64,000 nucleotides of DNA from Hydrolagus affinis. Taxonomy: Eukaryota. Position 1 is the stretch's first letter; each line of letters starts with the position of its first letter. Shown here one piece after another: positions 47,761 through 60,115 of the stretch. Position numbers and translations under genes: made by a program. The notes beneath the pieces are model-generated. The model did no database searches, was not told the DNA's origin, and saw only the letters and a list, made by a program, of their open reading frames with translations. The stretch is from assembly GCA_012026655.1 (NCBI GenBank), contig JAAILG010000119.1:62001-126000 (forward strand), in the 5' to 3' direction.

Positions 47761-49938
47761 CTGAAAGAGAAGAATGTTACAAATAAACACTATATCCTGA
47801 TGTATTTGAGAAAGTGGTTCTCAAGCAGAGTTCATCTGGAATTCACTTGTCCTAAATTCATTTACTAGAGAAAGTTATCTGATCCAGCTGTATTTGGCTC
47901 TTAATGGTGCTGCGTTTTATTGTAATAAAGTTTATATGAATATTTTCAAACAACAACATTACACATATAGAGAGCCTTTCATGTCCCAAGGCATTGAACA
48001 GTCAGGACGGGACCCGAGCAAGGGACAGGGGGCGGCAGCATTAAAGGAGTAAATACAGTATCTGTATGTAGGGATAGGAAAAATTAGAAAGTGGAAAAAT
48101 GTCGGCTCCACCTCCTACAAGCAAGCCTACCATCACTGTTTAGTCTGTCATTAACAGTCCCCCTGGAACCAGACTACCAGCACTTTGGGACGTCCTCCCG
48201 ACATGAAAGGCGCTCTATAAATGTAATTTTGTTGTTGTTTGGTTGTACCATGACCACTGCAGCAGAGTATTGACTCAATTCTGACAGACCATTGCCTCTT
48301 TTAAAAACTGCTGCCTTATAACTTTTAATAGACCAAAAGGTCTTCAGGGATATACTTGGCCCTCACTGACACTGAAAGGAATGAAATCAAGCTCAGCGTG
48401 AAGATTCATGCCTGCAGGCTCACGTCTCATTCTGTCTCAGTCTGTTGGGAGCATTCTTCAGAAGCCATTGGAAAATGTGATTAGTTTACACCCTGCTGTG
48501 TAGTAGCTATGGCCACATCCTCTGTGCTGAGCAAATGGGGTGGGGAACACTGTCTTATGATGGAGTTTTCATTCGCATTGAATGTACATGTATTCACTTG
48601 CCTACACTCCCACCCAGTCAGAGTTGACATGAAAACAGAATAACATTACGTAATACCATTTCCCAATCAAAGTGGTGACTAGGAATTGAGCTATGTAACT
48701 ATGTAACATTAACGTATGTGTATATGTATGTAGTCTTACATAAAAAGCTTACATAAAAAGCTTTGGAACGAATTTCCCTGCCCCATTTAATAGCCTAATT
48801 GCCAGATAATCTGCATTATTTTGTTTTGAGAAGTCTAGAAGACATGAAAAGCGCTATATCAAATGCAAGGATTATTATTATAATCTTATTGTATAATTAC
48901 GCTAGAACTAAATGCTTGAGATTTTGCTTTTAAAAGAAAATTGGTGAAATGCACTTTCCATTTCAAGTGGGGAATAGATTAAGAACTCACTCCCATTTGA
49001 TTCAGCTGCAAATAAATTTCCTGTCTTCTGCTCCATCCTCCCTGTACACACTGTACACATCAGCCTTCCTGTAGTCTCTCTGAAGTGAGGATGCCAGCCT
49101 TTGTGCTATAAGGCCATTCCCACTAAGTTTTGAGATAGTTAAAATACGATTCCAGGAAAGGCCTCTAATGCTCTAATATTAAAAGGTAAGGTCTTGCTTG
49201 GCATTACCCGATAGGTCAAGCCATTTTTTTTAACCCACTCCTTGTATTCAATCAACCAGAGAGGTTTGTCTTGTATCCCATATGTTACAATTGCAATAAA
49301 ATCAAGTTAAAATGTGGGCTCTGGACTCAGTCTCCACATTTAAAGAGCTTCAAGACTCTGTCCCAAGTGAAGAATGTTATATAAATGAAAGTTGTTATTT
49401 TTCTCCACCCTTGTTTATAGAGCATTGAAAATCACTGCCCTTAACCTCTGGAACTCTATCCCGCATTCCCTCTGCCTTGCCCTTCTCTTTGACGATCCCA
49501 TCAGTCATCCCAAATCCCTTGCCTTTCCCTCCACACGACCAACCCCAGCTCGGGTCTGAAACAATGACTGTCCAGTGCCTTGGGACGTCCTCCTGACGTG
49601 AAAGGTGCTATTCAAGTGTAATTTTGTTGTTGTTGAAAATTAGTCATCATCAGTGTATCATGAACATGTCAGCCTTTCACTGATATGAATGATCAATTGG
49701 GAAGGATTGTTGGTCACAATACTAGGAGAAAAACACAGAAGATCTTTCCTGTCGATCTAAACATGCATTTTCACATAGACTTTGGTTTAACACCTCTATT
49801 CAAGACCTCTCCAGTACTGCACTAAAGTCAAAATAGTCTGTGAGCTCAATTCCAGATGCGGGCTTCACCCATCCGAACGAACCACAGGCCACAGTGCATG
49901 TACACAGACCTGAAGCAGATTAAAGCTTTTTCACTTAC

Positions 49939-50093
49939 TTGATGGATTTAATCCATTCTTCTTTTTCCTCTGGGGTAGGGGCAGATATTCTGTAAACCAC
50001 ATGATTGCCTTCCACCACCCTGCCATCAGCTTCCGTTTTACAGGCTTTGATCACTTGGCCTTTGTGACTTGGATTGAAAAGTTCAAAGCAGTT
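49939..50093 (-). CDS. CYTH3: CYTH3 exon 12 ([31 protein letters not shown]...)
   Basis: ccag|AAC...AA|gtaagt, 155 bp. Confidence 0.96.
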
Positions 50094-50933
50094 CTGGGGG
50101 AAATTACAGGAAACTCAAATCAAACCAAACTGGGAAAAAAAACATGCGCAAATCTTTCTTCAGTCTCACTCAGCAAAGTATTGTCCTGCAGAATGGTCTG
50201 ACGCCAGTAACATTGATATATAAAAAAAATGCTGGCAGTTTGAAGACCATCCCATTAAAAGTATAGTAACACCTGCACCCAACAGCTAAATGGAACACAA
50301 TGCAGCAAACCCACAGTGTTAGGTCAGATTATTCAAGTTCCAAGACCCTACGTGGATTTGAACCCATAAAATTATTTGAACCCATAAAATTCTAACTCCC
50401 AGGTAGACGTGCAAGCAGCTGAGCCAGGCTGACCCACAATGAAAACCTGATTTACTAAATCATGCATGAATACTTAACTTATCTGTAGAAACTAAATCCT
50501 ACAGCAACTCTTTACAGGGACATGATGTAGACACTTTTCGCTTGATTCAGGTATTCCACAAACTGCTATTTGAAGACACAAGTTCCTAATCTTTTAACTA
50601 ATATTGTATACTTGCTATATATTTGGCCAATTCCCTGCTCTGGAGTGGGAAGCACCATTCTTATTTTCTTTATAATAACCATGAATTGAAGTACCACTGC
50701 AATGGGGCCACACAGTTATTTTAACATGTCTCTAGGTTTTCTGAAATTTAATGAGTAGTCCATCCAGCATGTTGTTAATTTAATTTTCTAATTGAAAATC
50801 CCAAAGAGCCAATGTTTTTGCAGAATTAGACATAAAACTGATTGACAATTAAAAGGTTTGCTTTTTCTGCTGCACTGAGATGGTATGTCATATCTGATCC
50901 CTATGTCTTATGTAACTAAAGAAATCAACTTAC

Positions 50934-51005
50934 TGGTTTCCTTGGGTCTTCAACTTCCCGTATGCTGAGATTTTCTAAAGGAATTATTCCTCGAGGCTCT
51001 TTGTC
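50934..51005 (-). CDS. CYTH3: CYTH3 exon 11 ([24 protein letters not shown])
   Basis: gcag|GAC...CCA|gtaagt, 72 bp. Confidence 0.96.
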
Positions 51006-51475
51006 CTGCAATTTTAAAAAAAAAAACACTTAAATCGGTGCCAGTTGGCCAGTTTATCCAAGTCTTTCAGAGAATGGAACTTGTTACTCAGGACAATATA
51101 CACATCTTCAATTGGCAAATAGCTGAACACAGTTTTTTTTAGATTAAATATGCTTGAGTAACTACATTATCAAGCCCAATTAAGAGTATTTAATTAGGAC
51201 TTTACAGGTGCCAGTTGCTCTTGCCTAAGTAGTCAATAGTTGTGTATGATTCCAGATATTATCATAGCAGGATGTTTGACAGAGAGAGAAGGGTTGAAAC
51301 AATGTAGAACCAAAAGGGTCACTGGATAATGTCCCAAAATGGTTCTACATATTTCCCAGATGTAATATCAGCCTGTCTGATCAGCCAGTGAATCTACCGT
51401 CAATGAAATAAACTTCTCCGCTCATGTAAAATGAATGACGTGAAGATACTTTTTAGCAGAACCATGTCAACTTAC

Positions 51476-51552
51476 TGTTGTGTACTCAAAGTAATAGAGG
51501 CAATTATCTGTCAGAATGAACCATCTCCTTTTCCACGTTTTTACTCGCCCTC
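51476..51552 (-). CDS. CYTH3: CYTH3 exon 10 ([25 protein letters not shown])
   Basis: ttag|GA...ACA|gtaagt, 77 bp. Confidence 0.96.
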
Positions 51553-53131
51553 CTAAAATAAAGGAAGGAATTGTTGAAGCAGGAAAAAGTTTTATAACAT
51601 GAGTGTTTCAGAATGGTTAATGCAACAATCCCATTCAAGTTTAAACATACTCAACATTTGGTTATTAAACTAATCTCAAGGGGGGGGTCCTGCTTCTTCC
51701 AGGGACTCATCCTTATAAAATGTTCCATCTGTTTCAACCCACAAGTGAACCTCTACAATGCAGCATTTGTTATTTCTTTTTATAGTTCCTACACCTTGAA
51801 CCACTGCCAAATAATTGTTACTTTTGGAAGAAACTTGTAAATTTGAGATGAAACAGTTGAGTGGGAGAATGTTCCTCCGAAGACGCAGGAATGCACGGGC
51901 CGGAAAAGACCGTTATAAGCCATCTGGTCCGTCACTAAAATTTCTACTGTTGTCTTTCTTATTTATACCCAAGTTAATTTTTTATTTGTTTTTCATGCGC
52001 TCAGTATGTTACAATCAAAGATAGTTATAACAGAGCTGAAATTAGTTATCATTAGAGGAGTACTGTGTATTCACTAGCACAATTAAACCTTTGCTTCTTA
52101 GATATTTTTCCATCCTTTTATTTTCTGGATTTAATGTTTTCCACCTAAATTTTAGCCCAGGGAGTCTCAGATGGCAGTGGTTATTTTACAGGACTGTGAA
52201 ACACAGGTTATTGGGTTTGAATCCTGCCGCATTATGTAATATGAATTTAAATCCGAGTGAGCGCCAGAACCAGACTATTATAAACCCGCAAATTAGTGGA
52301 GCTAATAGGTTTTTTCCATGCCATTTTTTGTAATTTCAGTCCTTTCCTACTTTTCCTTTGATCTTGTTTATTTCACCGACATCCAAATTCCAGTTTTTAG
52401 CATTTGAGTTTGTGAGAAAAGAAGTAAAACAAGTGTTATCAAACTCAATGTAAGCTCTGTTAACATCACTCTACAACTGAACTACAGTCAGCTCCTATAA
52501 TAATAACTAACGTTACTTAGTTGCATTTGGATAAAGATTAAAGTACTTTCCATTTAAGCTGCCTGATCAACATATTTATTTGTGTTGTCATAATTCTCAA
52601 CCAACCAATCTGGATGATTAGTTTGTATGTTAAACTGCCCACATCATCTGCGATGCCTTTTCACTTGGGTCCCTGTGCTGCAATTGTTTACAAGAGTGTT
52701 TTCAAAATGTTTCTCCTAGTTACTGTTTGTGTACATTAGATGGCGTAATAACAGGATGAAGCCAATTGCAGTGAGAGCAGATGTCTCATAAATGTGACGC
52801 CAGTGGTCGCCCAGAGAATGGAAAGGCCGGCCTCAATTCTGTTGGGGTCTCAAGGACGAAAGAGAGGAATTCCTTCCTTCTCCCTTTGCCTAACGCATGC
52901 ACATATATTAGCAAGACATTCCCAAGGCAGGCTGACAGAAAGACAAAGTAAGGTTTAAACGTGTGGAAATTAAAAGTAGGAACAATGCAAGTGCAGAACT
53001 CAAAAGACTGCAGGAGGAAGACATTGTACAACAGTATATTCATGCATTTAACTAAAAACAAAGAGAAAAAAATGGAAGAGAACAAGTAAATCCAACTGAT
53101 CAGGGTGTCTGGAAGCTCTTCTGGTACATAC

Positions 53132-53134
53132 CTC
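53132..53134 (-). CDS. CYTH3: CYTH3 3-nt microexon GAG (adds the third Gly in the PH beta1-beta2 loop)
   Basis: Minus strand: ctgtctctgcttattctgcattag|GAG|gtatgt, in the intron between LLKL-G and G-GRVK. Confidence 0.85.
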
Positions 53135-54094
53135 CTAATGCAGAATAAGCAGAGACAGCCAGTCACAGAACAGAAAGGTGAGAGGTCATAGGCCATGAGG
53201 AAAACAAGAAGGCACATTTAAGCCAATTTTATAATTTGGGAAAAAAACTAAGCAAAGAAAAACAAAACAGGAAATCACAAACAATGCAGGAAAAAAATAA
53301 AGGCATCCATGAGTTAACTTTAATGGGGAAACCGTACACTTCTGCTGCAAAAATTGCAAAAGCTCATGAAAATTACACTGCAATTAGCTCTTGTTCTGTA
53401 GCAAAATATTTTCAGCTCGTTATTTTCTTCTCTATTGTATTTACTGAAGCTAACGTATAGATCCAGTATTACTGAATAGTTCTGTGTATGTATATATTAT
53501 ATATATATGGTCAATCGAAGTAGACTTTTTGCACAGAAAGATTTAAGCATATAATGCAACACATCACAGATTCTCCTTATAAAACAGGAAAACTAAACAG
53601 TACATTTTGGAACAAGAGACTATAGTAAACATTATATCCTTCAATATATTATTTTAATACATACCCTTTGGGTTTTATGGAATAGAGTGGATTGAAACAA
53701 AAATGCAATGATTGAATTCTGGTTTAAATCATCTTGATTTGCAAAATTACAGAATGTAAATTTTAAAGAAACTATGTTCCAGAATCTATATTGGAACTAA
53801 ACATATAGAGATTGGCGGGGGGGGGGGGAGAGAGGGGTCTTTAATTATTGCATATTAACCTCTGGAGAAGCGAAAACTGTACCATTCATTCACTGCGTCA
53901 TGATGTGGACGCACCAATCGTCATCTGACACATTGGGTGCAGTTCTTTAAAAGTGTGTCGCATTGAAGAGAGACGCATGACAAATGTTCCTGTTCTAAAT
54001 CCTTAAGCAATTCTAAAACAAAACCCTTGGCGATGCCCCTCTGCTCAGTTCTAAATGTTACTTCCCCCCACCCACCCTCCCCTCGCCCACTTAC

Positions 54095-54206
54095 CTAATT
54101 TCAATAGCCAGCCTTCTCGATCAGGATTAAAAAATGTGTGAGTTAGGTCGTTGCCATCGTCTTCTGGGATCTTGAAGGGCTCGTTCTTAATGCTTTCATA
54201 CAAGTT
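54095..54206 (-). CDS. CYTH3: CYTH3 exon 9 ([37 protein letters not shown])
   Basis: gcag|AAC...G|gtaagt, 112 bp. Confidence 0.96.
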
Positions 54207-54535
54207 CTGCAAAAGCAGAGAAGGTCTAGGGTTAACGGGAAACTAATAATACAGCCCAGCACCCATCTCATTTGCAGTCAATGATTTCCTGATGAATACC
54301 TTACCTGTTTCAAATAAACATTTTATTGTTGTTGAGGGTTTGTTGCTGAGGCAGAGTGGCTGCTCATTTGCCAATATAACAATGTTCACAGTTTCCAATC
54401 AATATTACATTTTGTATAGTGCTTCGAGAGGGTTACTGTAATGCAAGATATCACTATTTAATGGGGGGAGTGGGGGGGGTGAAGAAGGCACTTTCACTTC
54501 TTTCCCCTTTTATGCCATTGGAGTGAAGCACTTAC

Positions 54536-54684
54536 CCTGAGTAGCTCTTCGGGGAGATCCCCACCATCATTAATGCCTCGATTCATAGTTATAAATCTCT
54601 CCACAGGAGGCTTGTCTCTCACATTAGGGTTGTGCAGACTTGTGTTCAGCATAATGATGGCAAATGAGAGTACATAGCACGTGT
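54536..54684 (-). CDS. CYTH3: CYTH3 exon 8 ([22 protein letters not shown]...)
   Basis: tcag|AC...AGG|gtaagt, 149 bp. Confidence 0.96.
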
Positions 54685-55681
54685 CTGAAAGAGAAAAGGT
54701 ACATAAGATTGATTGCTTGCTCGCTGGTACATCATTGCGACAGAGCTGCTTGAGGATATAAACGATCTTCAACAAACACTTCATCTTCAATTCCAGTTGA
54801 CTTCAATTTGTTAAAATTTATTGCATTCAGACAAGTGTAACTCGGATTAAATATTAGCCGACACTCTGGAACTCTTGACATTTTTTTTTGCTAAAAGGCT
54901 CTTCTGCTCAATCGCAAGCTGAAGTAAACCTTGCGAGTAGCAATCTTAAAAGAATCCGCATGAAACGTGGCGATGTTAATGTATTTCTTAAGGATTCAAT
55001 TTATTCTAAATGTATTGATTAAGAGAATTTTTAGAAATTGTTAACTTTTTTTAAAAAAAATTACAGCCAGGGACAATTGACATAAATTCATAGACTATCA
55101 TGTGGTGGTAACCCCAAATTTAAATACATTACCATGAAAATCTGCTTAGGTAACAAGTGAGAAGAGTACAAGGGCAAGAATCCAGAGTTCATCAGGCACA
55201 GCTTTAAACTGGCAACCGATCAACTTGTGCAAATCAAGAATCCACTACAGATCCACAACCGATAGGACAAATGTGTGTCCGTCTACAGCCTGAGCTGCAG
55301 TGCCTCAAGGTCATTTCATAATCAAAACTTCGTTCAGTGCGCGAACAACTAAAAACAAGTTATTCTATCTACACTCCACCCTTGCCCCCACATACCAAGC
55401 ACACACACACACACATACACACACATCTGTTTTAGAATTATAATACTTAATTTATTTTTGCTGTGGAGATTGAGACCAGGAAGCAGAAGGAATTTGCAGT
55501 TATTGCTGACCCATGTTCCTGTCAATCGCATAACCGAGCTGGGGGCAGGGAGGGGGGCAGCCCGCATTTTGGAAACTATGAGGAGGATACAGTAAGCAAT
55601 CTGACTTTAGGTTTATCTTTCTATAAACGTTTCACACCAGCATCGTACAGTGACCTTAACAGTGAAGTAGCTCAGAATGCG

Positions 55682-56122
55682 ATAATAATAATCGTTGCAT
55701 TTGATATAGCGCTTTTCACATCTTATCGACGTCTCAAAGCGCTTCACAGAATATACTGTAAAGTGAATTGACTGTATATTTGTGGGCGAAACGCGGCTGC
55801 CAATTGCGCACAGCAGTGTCCCCACAAACATTCGTGGATTGAAAATTACCCTTTTTAAAATTATTGGGGAGGATTTTTTGGACAGATTATTATTAGAGGG
55901 ATTAGGGGATATGGGGATGGGGCAGGTAATTAGAGTCAGATGGCGGGGCAGGCTCGAAAGGCTGAATGGCCTACTCCTGCTCCTAATTCTAATGTTCTTA
56001 TGGTCTTATTAGGTGTGTGGAGTAAGGAAACTTGCCTAAGGATTCGCCTAAAGAACTATGCCTGGATTCGAACACAAGTCTCACGCTTGTAAGGCGAGTG
56101 CTCTAACTACTGAGCTACTGGA
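55682..56122 (-). mobile_element. tRNA-derived SINE with a CR1 tail inserted (about 55890-56010)
   Basis: Family tail/body/head interrupted by ggctcgaaaggctgaatggcctactcctgctcctaattct. Confidence 0.8.
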
Positions 56123-56730
56123 GCGATCAACTTCATGCAGCAAATATCTTTCTGTCTCCAGGTCTAGCAAACGGACACCCTTACATACCAATTCTCCAAG
56201 CATCAAATTGGATGTTGCTTTTGTATTATAAGCTAACTTTCACAGACGAATGGCCGAATGGGCTCCCTCTGTGCTGTATACCGTAACTCTATGATTCTAT
56301 GCCACCAACTTTCATCATCCACTTCGAGAATAACAAATTCCATTTATATAGCACCTCAGGAACATATCCCAAGACGCTGAGAATACATGAGCTTGAAGGG
56401 CTTTTCCAATGAGGATAACTAACCATAGGATTTAATAGGAATGCACTTCACATTGTGAGCTATTTACTCAAGAGGGTAGGGTTTCTTTGCTGATGTTCAG
56501 TATTTATAAAGGCAAAACTGCTTGACCATTCTTACACACATCCTATTCATGTTTGTTGCAAATCCAACAATGTATTCAAGTATCGCTGATCTGAAACAAA
56601 CAGAATGTACTGGAAATCGGCCTCTCTATTCTCCCACCCCATGAGAAAGACATTAAAAAATAATAAAAACACAACAACCAATCCTGTTTGAAGACAAGTT
56701 GCAGACACTCCTTAGTTCATTCTGACCCAC

Positions 56731-56843
56731 CTGTTGATTGGAAGACTCCTGGGTTACACTGGCAGTAACGCAACGCAAAAGCTTCCATCATCCGATCTAT
56801 TTTCTGTGCTTCACCGGGTAGCCTGAAGCTCCACAGGAACTGC
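56731..56843 (-). CDS. CYTH3: CYTH3 exon 7 (Sec7 glutamate finger [17 protein letters not shown])
   Basis: acag|G...G|gtgggt, 113 bp. Confidence 0.96.
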
Positions 56844-56982
56844 CTGTGTTACAAAAGGAGACGTAAAACTGTGAGATCCTGTTCTAGTGAAAACTTAAGT
56901 CATGCAAGTGAAATGTTGGCAGGTACCCACCAATTACCCTTATCAACTCTATACAAACAGCACAAAATTGTTCAAATTGGTG

Positions 56983-57190
56983 AGTCCTGTAACTTAAACG
57001 TTAGTGTACTCGCCTTGCAAGCGAGAGGACCTGGGTTTGATTCCCGAGCAGGGAAAAATGTTATACAACTTTCATTACTCCACACACCTCTGTTTACCCA
57101 GCAGTAAATAAAACCCGCTTGTTAGTCGATTAACGGATCACTTTTCTGGGGATAATTGCTTCAAAAATAAATAATATTAATTGCTTAATC
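56983..57190 (+). mobile_element. tRNA-derived SINE 5' part
   Basis: gtcctgtaactta...ctcgccttgcaagcgagaggacctggg...actccacacacctctgtttaccc. Confidence 0.8.
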
Positions 57191-57328
57191 ACTGAATTAT
57201 TTTTTCCCCATGGCGGCTGAGACTCTTCCCTTCATCAGAGGCTGTGTACATTGAGTGGACAGCATAGAAAACTGTGCTTTTTTTCATCGGGATTTTGTTT
57301 TCTACACTGCAGGAGGAGAGTTACTAAC

Positions 57329-57409
57329 CTGAGAGCTTGTACAAGGTTCAGATCAGCAAATTCATGAAGCTCCACAAACGCTTGAAGAACCTTCAGGTTA
57401 AATTCATCT
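57329..57409 (-). CDS. CYTH3: CYTH3 exon 6 (DEFNLKVLQAFVELHEFADLNLVQALR)
   Basis: gcag|A...AG|gttagt, 81 bp. Confidence 0.96.
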
Positions 57410-57845
57410 CTGCAACAAAAAGACAGGAAAGAAAATATAGCATTCAAACAAAATCCTTTAGATTCAGACAATAATAAAATTCTTTAGTTTATTTTGGGTG
57501 AGACACTGATTCAAGGTCCCATCTAACTATTGGTGGGCAGGCAATAAGTGTCCCACAGCACATTGGGAAGAAAACAAAGTTTGTTGCCAACAATCCTGCT
57601 GATTCATGAAATTCATAAATTAATTCATGAAATGAATGTTTTTTTACATTATTTAATTTAACTTCATGGCCATTTTTTAAGATCTTCCTTGGCTGCAGAG
57701 TTCAACTTCAAAAATAAAGTCCCTACATTTGAAAAATGGGAAGCACTTTCAACAGTTTCAATGTGATAAAGACTTTATATAAAAAAAAGTTATTTCTTTA
57801 GATCCATTATAGCATTCTGGGCTTTTACATATGAACAATGCTCAC

Positions 57846-57964
57846 CTTTCACCCAGGTAATCACCGATGACTGTTTTATTCAGCCCTTCCCCTTTGTAAA
57901 GGAACTGGGCTATGTCTTCTGGTGTGTTTTGAAGCAGGTCATTTTCTATTAGGAACTGTATACC
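57846..57964 (-). CDS. CYTH3: CYTH3 exon 5 ([12 protein letters not shown]...IGDYLGER)
   Basis: gcag|GGT...AG|gtgagc, 119 bp. Confidence 0.96.
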
Positions 57965-59558
57965 CTGCAACCAAAGAAAAGAGAGTTACACAATGCTCCC
58001 GTTATGCAAACGGCCAAATCCATCTGGAGGTGTCCGCATTTTTTCCTCCCCATATTTTCTAACCTAAGTCATTCTGGCCTACAATTTCACTCGGATCTCT
58101 CGGAACACAAGAGATGGAATGAGAGAGAGAGAGAAAAAAATATTGAGCTTGCTCATTTAACAAACCATGTGCAATACACCACATAGGCAGCAAGGCAGGA
58201 GAGGTTGCACGGAGAGCAAAGATTGTTCACAGTTACTCTAGTCCAACAAAAACGTTCTGATGAAGGGTCAGATGGTTGCACAAGAAGGGGAAGCTGAAGC
58301 CCTTTTCTGTATTGAGTTCTCATTCCAAGTCTGAGGTCTAACCATTTTACATGAACTTCACTGCTTCAATCTTTCTCTCGTGGTTCAAGTGAATAGAATA
58401 GCACTGCATGGTATTTAATTGGCAGTGTTTCACCCACAAAACACATAAATACATGGAATAAATACCCCTTACAGTATATCCTGTGAAGCACTTTGAGACA
58501 ACTCAAAGACGTGATGAGGCACTATATCAAACGCAAGGATTATTATTATTATTCTCTTCTTTACAGGTGGTATCTCACATACCAAGTTAATGATCCCCTG
58601 TAACAACAACAACTTGGATTTATATAGGTCAATTTGGATCTTAACAGGAAAATAATCTAAATCCATGGCACTATCTGACCTACAAATACAGTCACAACAC
58701 TTTACACTTAATCCCGTAAAGCACTTTTGAGACGTCCTCCTGACATGACTACATCAAACGCAAGGATTATTAAATCCCAAATTAATATTGTTTAAGGGTT
58801 AACAAGACTTCACAGTAGCAATAATAATAATATCAACATAATAAAGTATCATCCGTGACCTCCTATCCCCTTACCAACCTGCCCGCCCACTCTGCTCAGC
58901 AGGCTCTGGCCTGCACCACGTCCCCCGACCCACCGTTGGCAGGCGAGCCTTTAGCCTCTCTGCCCCCAACCTCTGGAACTCCATCCCACAGTCCCTCCGC
59001 CTCAACCCCTCCCTGGTCTCCTTCAGGTCTCGCCTAAATGGTCCCATCAGCAACTCCTAATTCCCCCCTTCCCTCCCACCCACCGTCCTTAGCTCGGGTC
59101 TGAAGCAGTAACTGTCCAGGGCCTTAGGACGTCCTCCTGACGTGAAAGGCGCTATACAAGTGTAATTTTATTGTTGTTGTTGTATCCAACGTGCTGGGTT
59201 ATATCATCCTGGTGGTGGGTTTGGGGAGATGAGTAATCGGCAGCTGGGAACAAAACATTCCTTCAGCTCTTTGGAAAAAAAACAAATGTGGCCAGAGATT
59301 TTAACCCATACCAACAGAATTTAAAGGGAGGTCAGAAAAGTGTTTACACAGGAAGGATTAAATTATGGGCTTGTCTGCCACCCACTGTGGAAGCAGAGTC
59401 TTCAAATTCTATTAAAAGTAAATGAGATAGATGGTTGACAGATGTTAAAGGAGAGATTAGACTAACACAGGCATGATAGACCATTGCCAGTAATGTACAA
59501 TATATGTCAGTTGCAAAATACATTAGAACAAATTGACAGGCAAAGCAAAAAAAATTAC

Positions 59559-59625
59559 CTTTTTATGATCCATGTTGAATTTCTTTCTCCCCATTGCCAT
59601 TTGTTTATTCCGCTGACTTGATTTA
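59559..59625 (-). CDS. CYTH3: CYTH3 exon 4 (KSSQRNKQMAMGRKKFNMDHKK)
   Basis: acag|T...AAG|gtaatt, 67 bp. Confidence 0.95.
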
Positions 59626-59747
59626 CTGTTGAAAGGAAAATAATTTGATAATGTAGTAGACAAAAGATGTAATCCTCAGCCAGTCTGACTAAATGCATCA
59701 CATTATCCAGTTCATTCAATTAACCATCAGCCAGGAACATTATTCTG

Positions 59748-60115
59748 GCTGTAGCTCAGTGGTTAGAGCACTTGCCTCGCCAGCGAGAGACTTGGGTTTG
59801 GTTCACGGCAGCGCAAAATATTACTCCACAAGCCTCTGTATACCTCGCAGCAAGTAGGAACCCGGTTGTTTGTCGATTGGTGGATCGCTTTTCATGGGAT
59901 AATAATCCCTCAAAAAAAATAATAATAGTAATTCGGTCGCTCAATTTGGCCACAAGTTTTGTGGGACGCTGCTATGCACAATTGGCTGCCACGATTCGCC
60001 CACAAATAAACAGTCCAGTTCACTTTATGGTATATTTTGTGAATGGCTTTGAGACATTTAGCAGGCATGATAAGTCCTCCTGGCATGAAAGGCGCTATAC
60101 AAATCAAATTTTATT
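59748..60115 (+). mobile_element. tRNA-derived SINE, full length
   Basis: gtagctcagtggttagagcac head through catgaaaggcgctatac tail. Confidence 0.88.

Noticed and set aside
53893-53930. C/D-box-like ATGATG...CTGA with a small tgcgtc/gacgca stem
   Set aside because: Too short, imperfect C box, and antisense to the host gene CYTH3.
59748-59825. tRNA-like sequences (also at 313, 35162, 44985 and others)
   Set aside because: They are SINE heads: A/B boxes run straight into the shared SINE body and no intact cloverleaf is evident.
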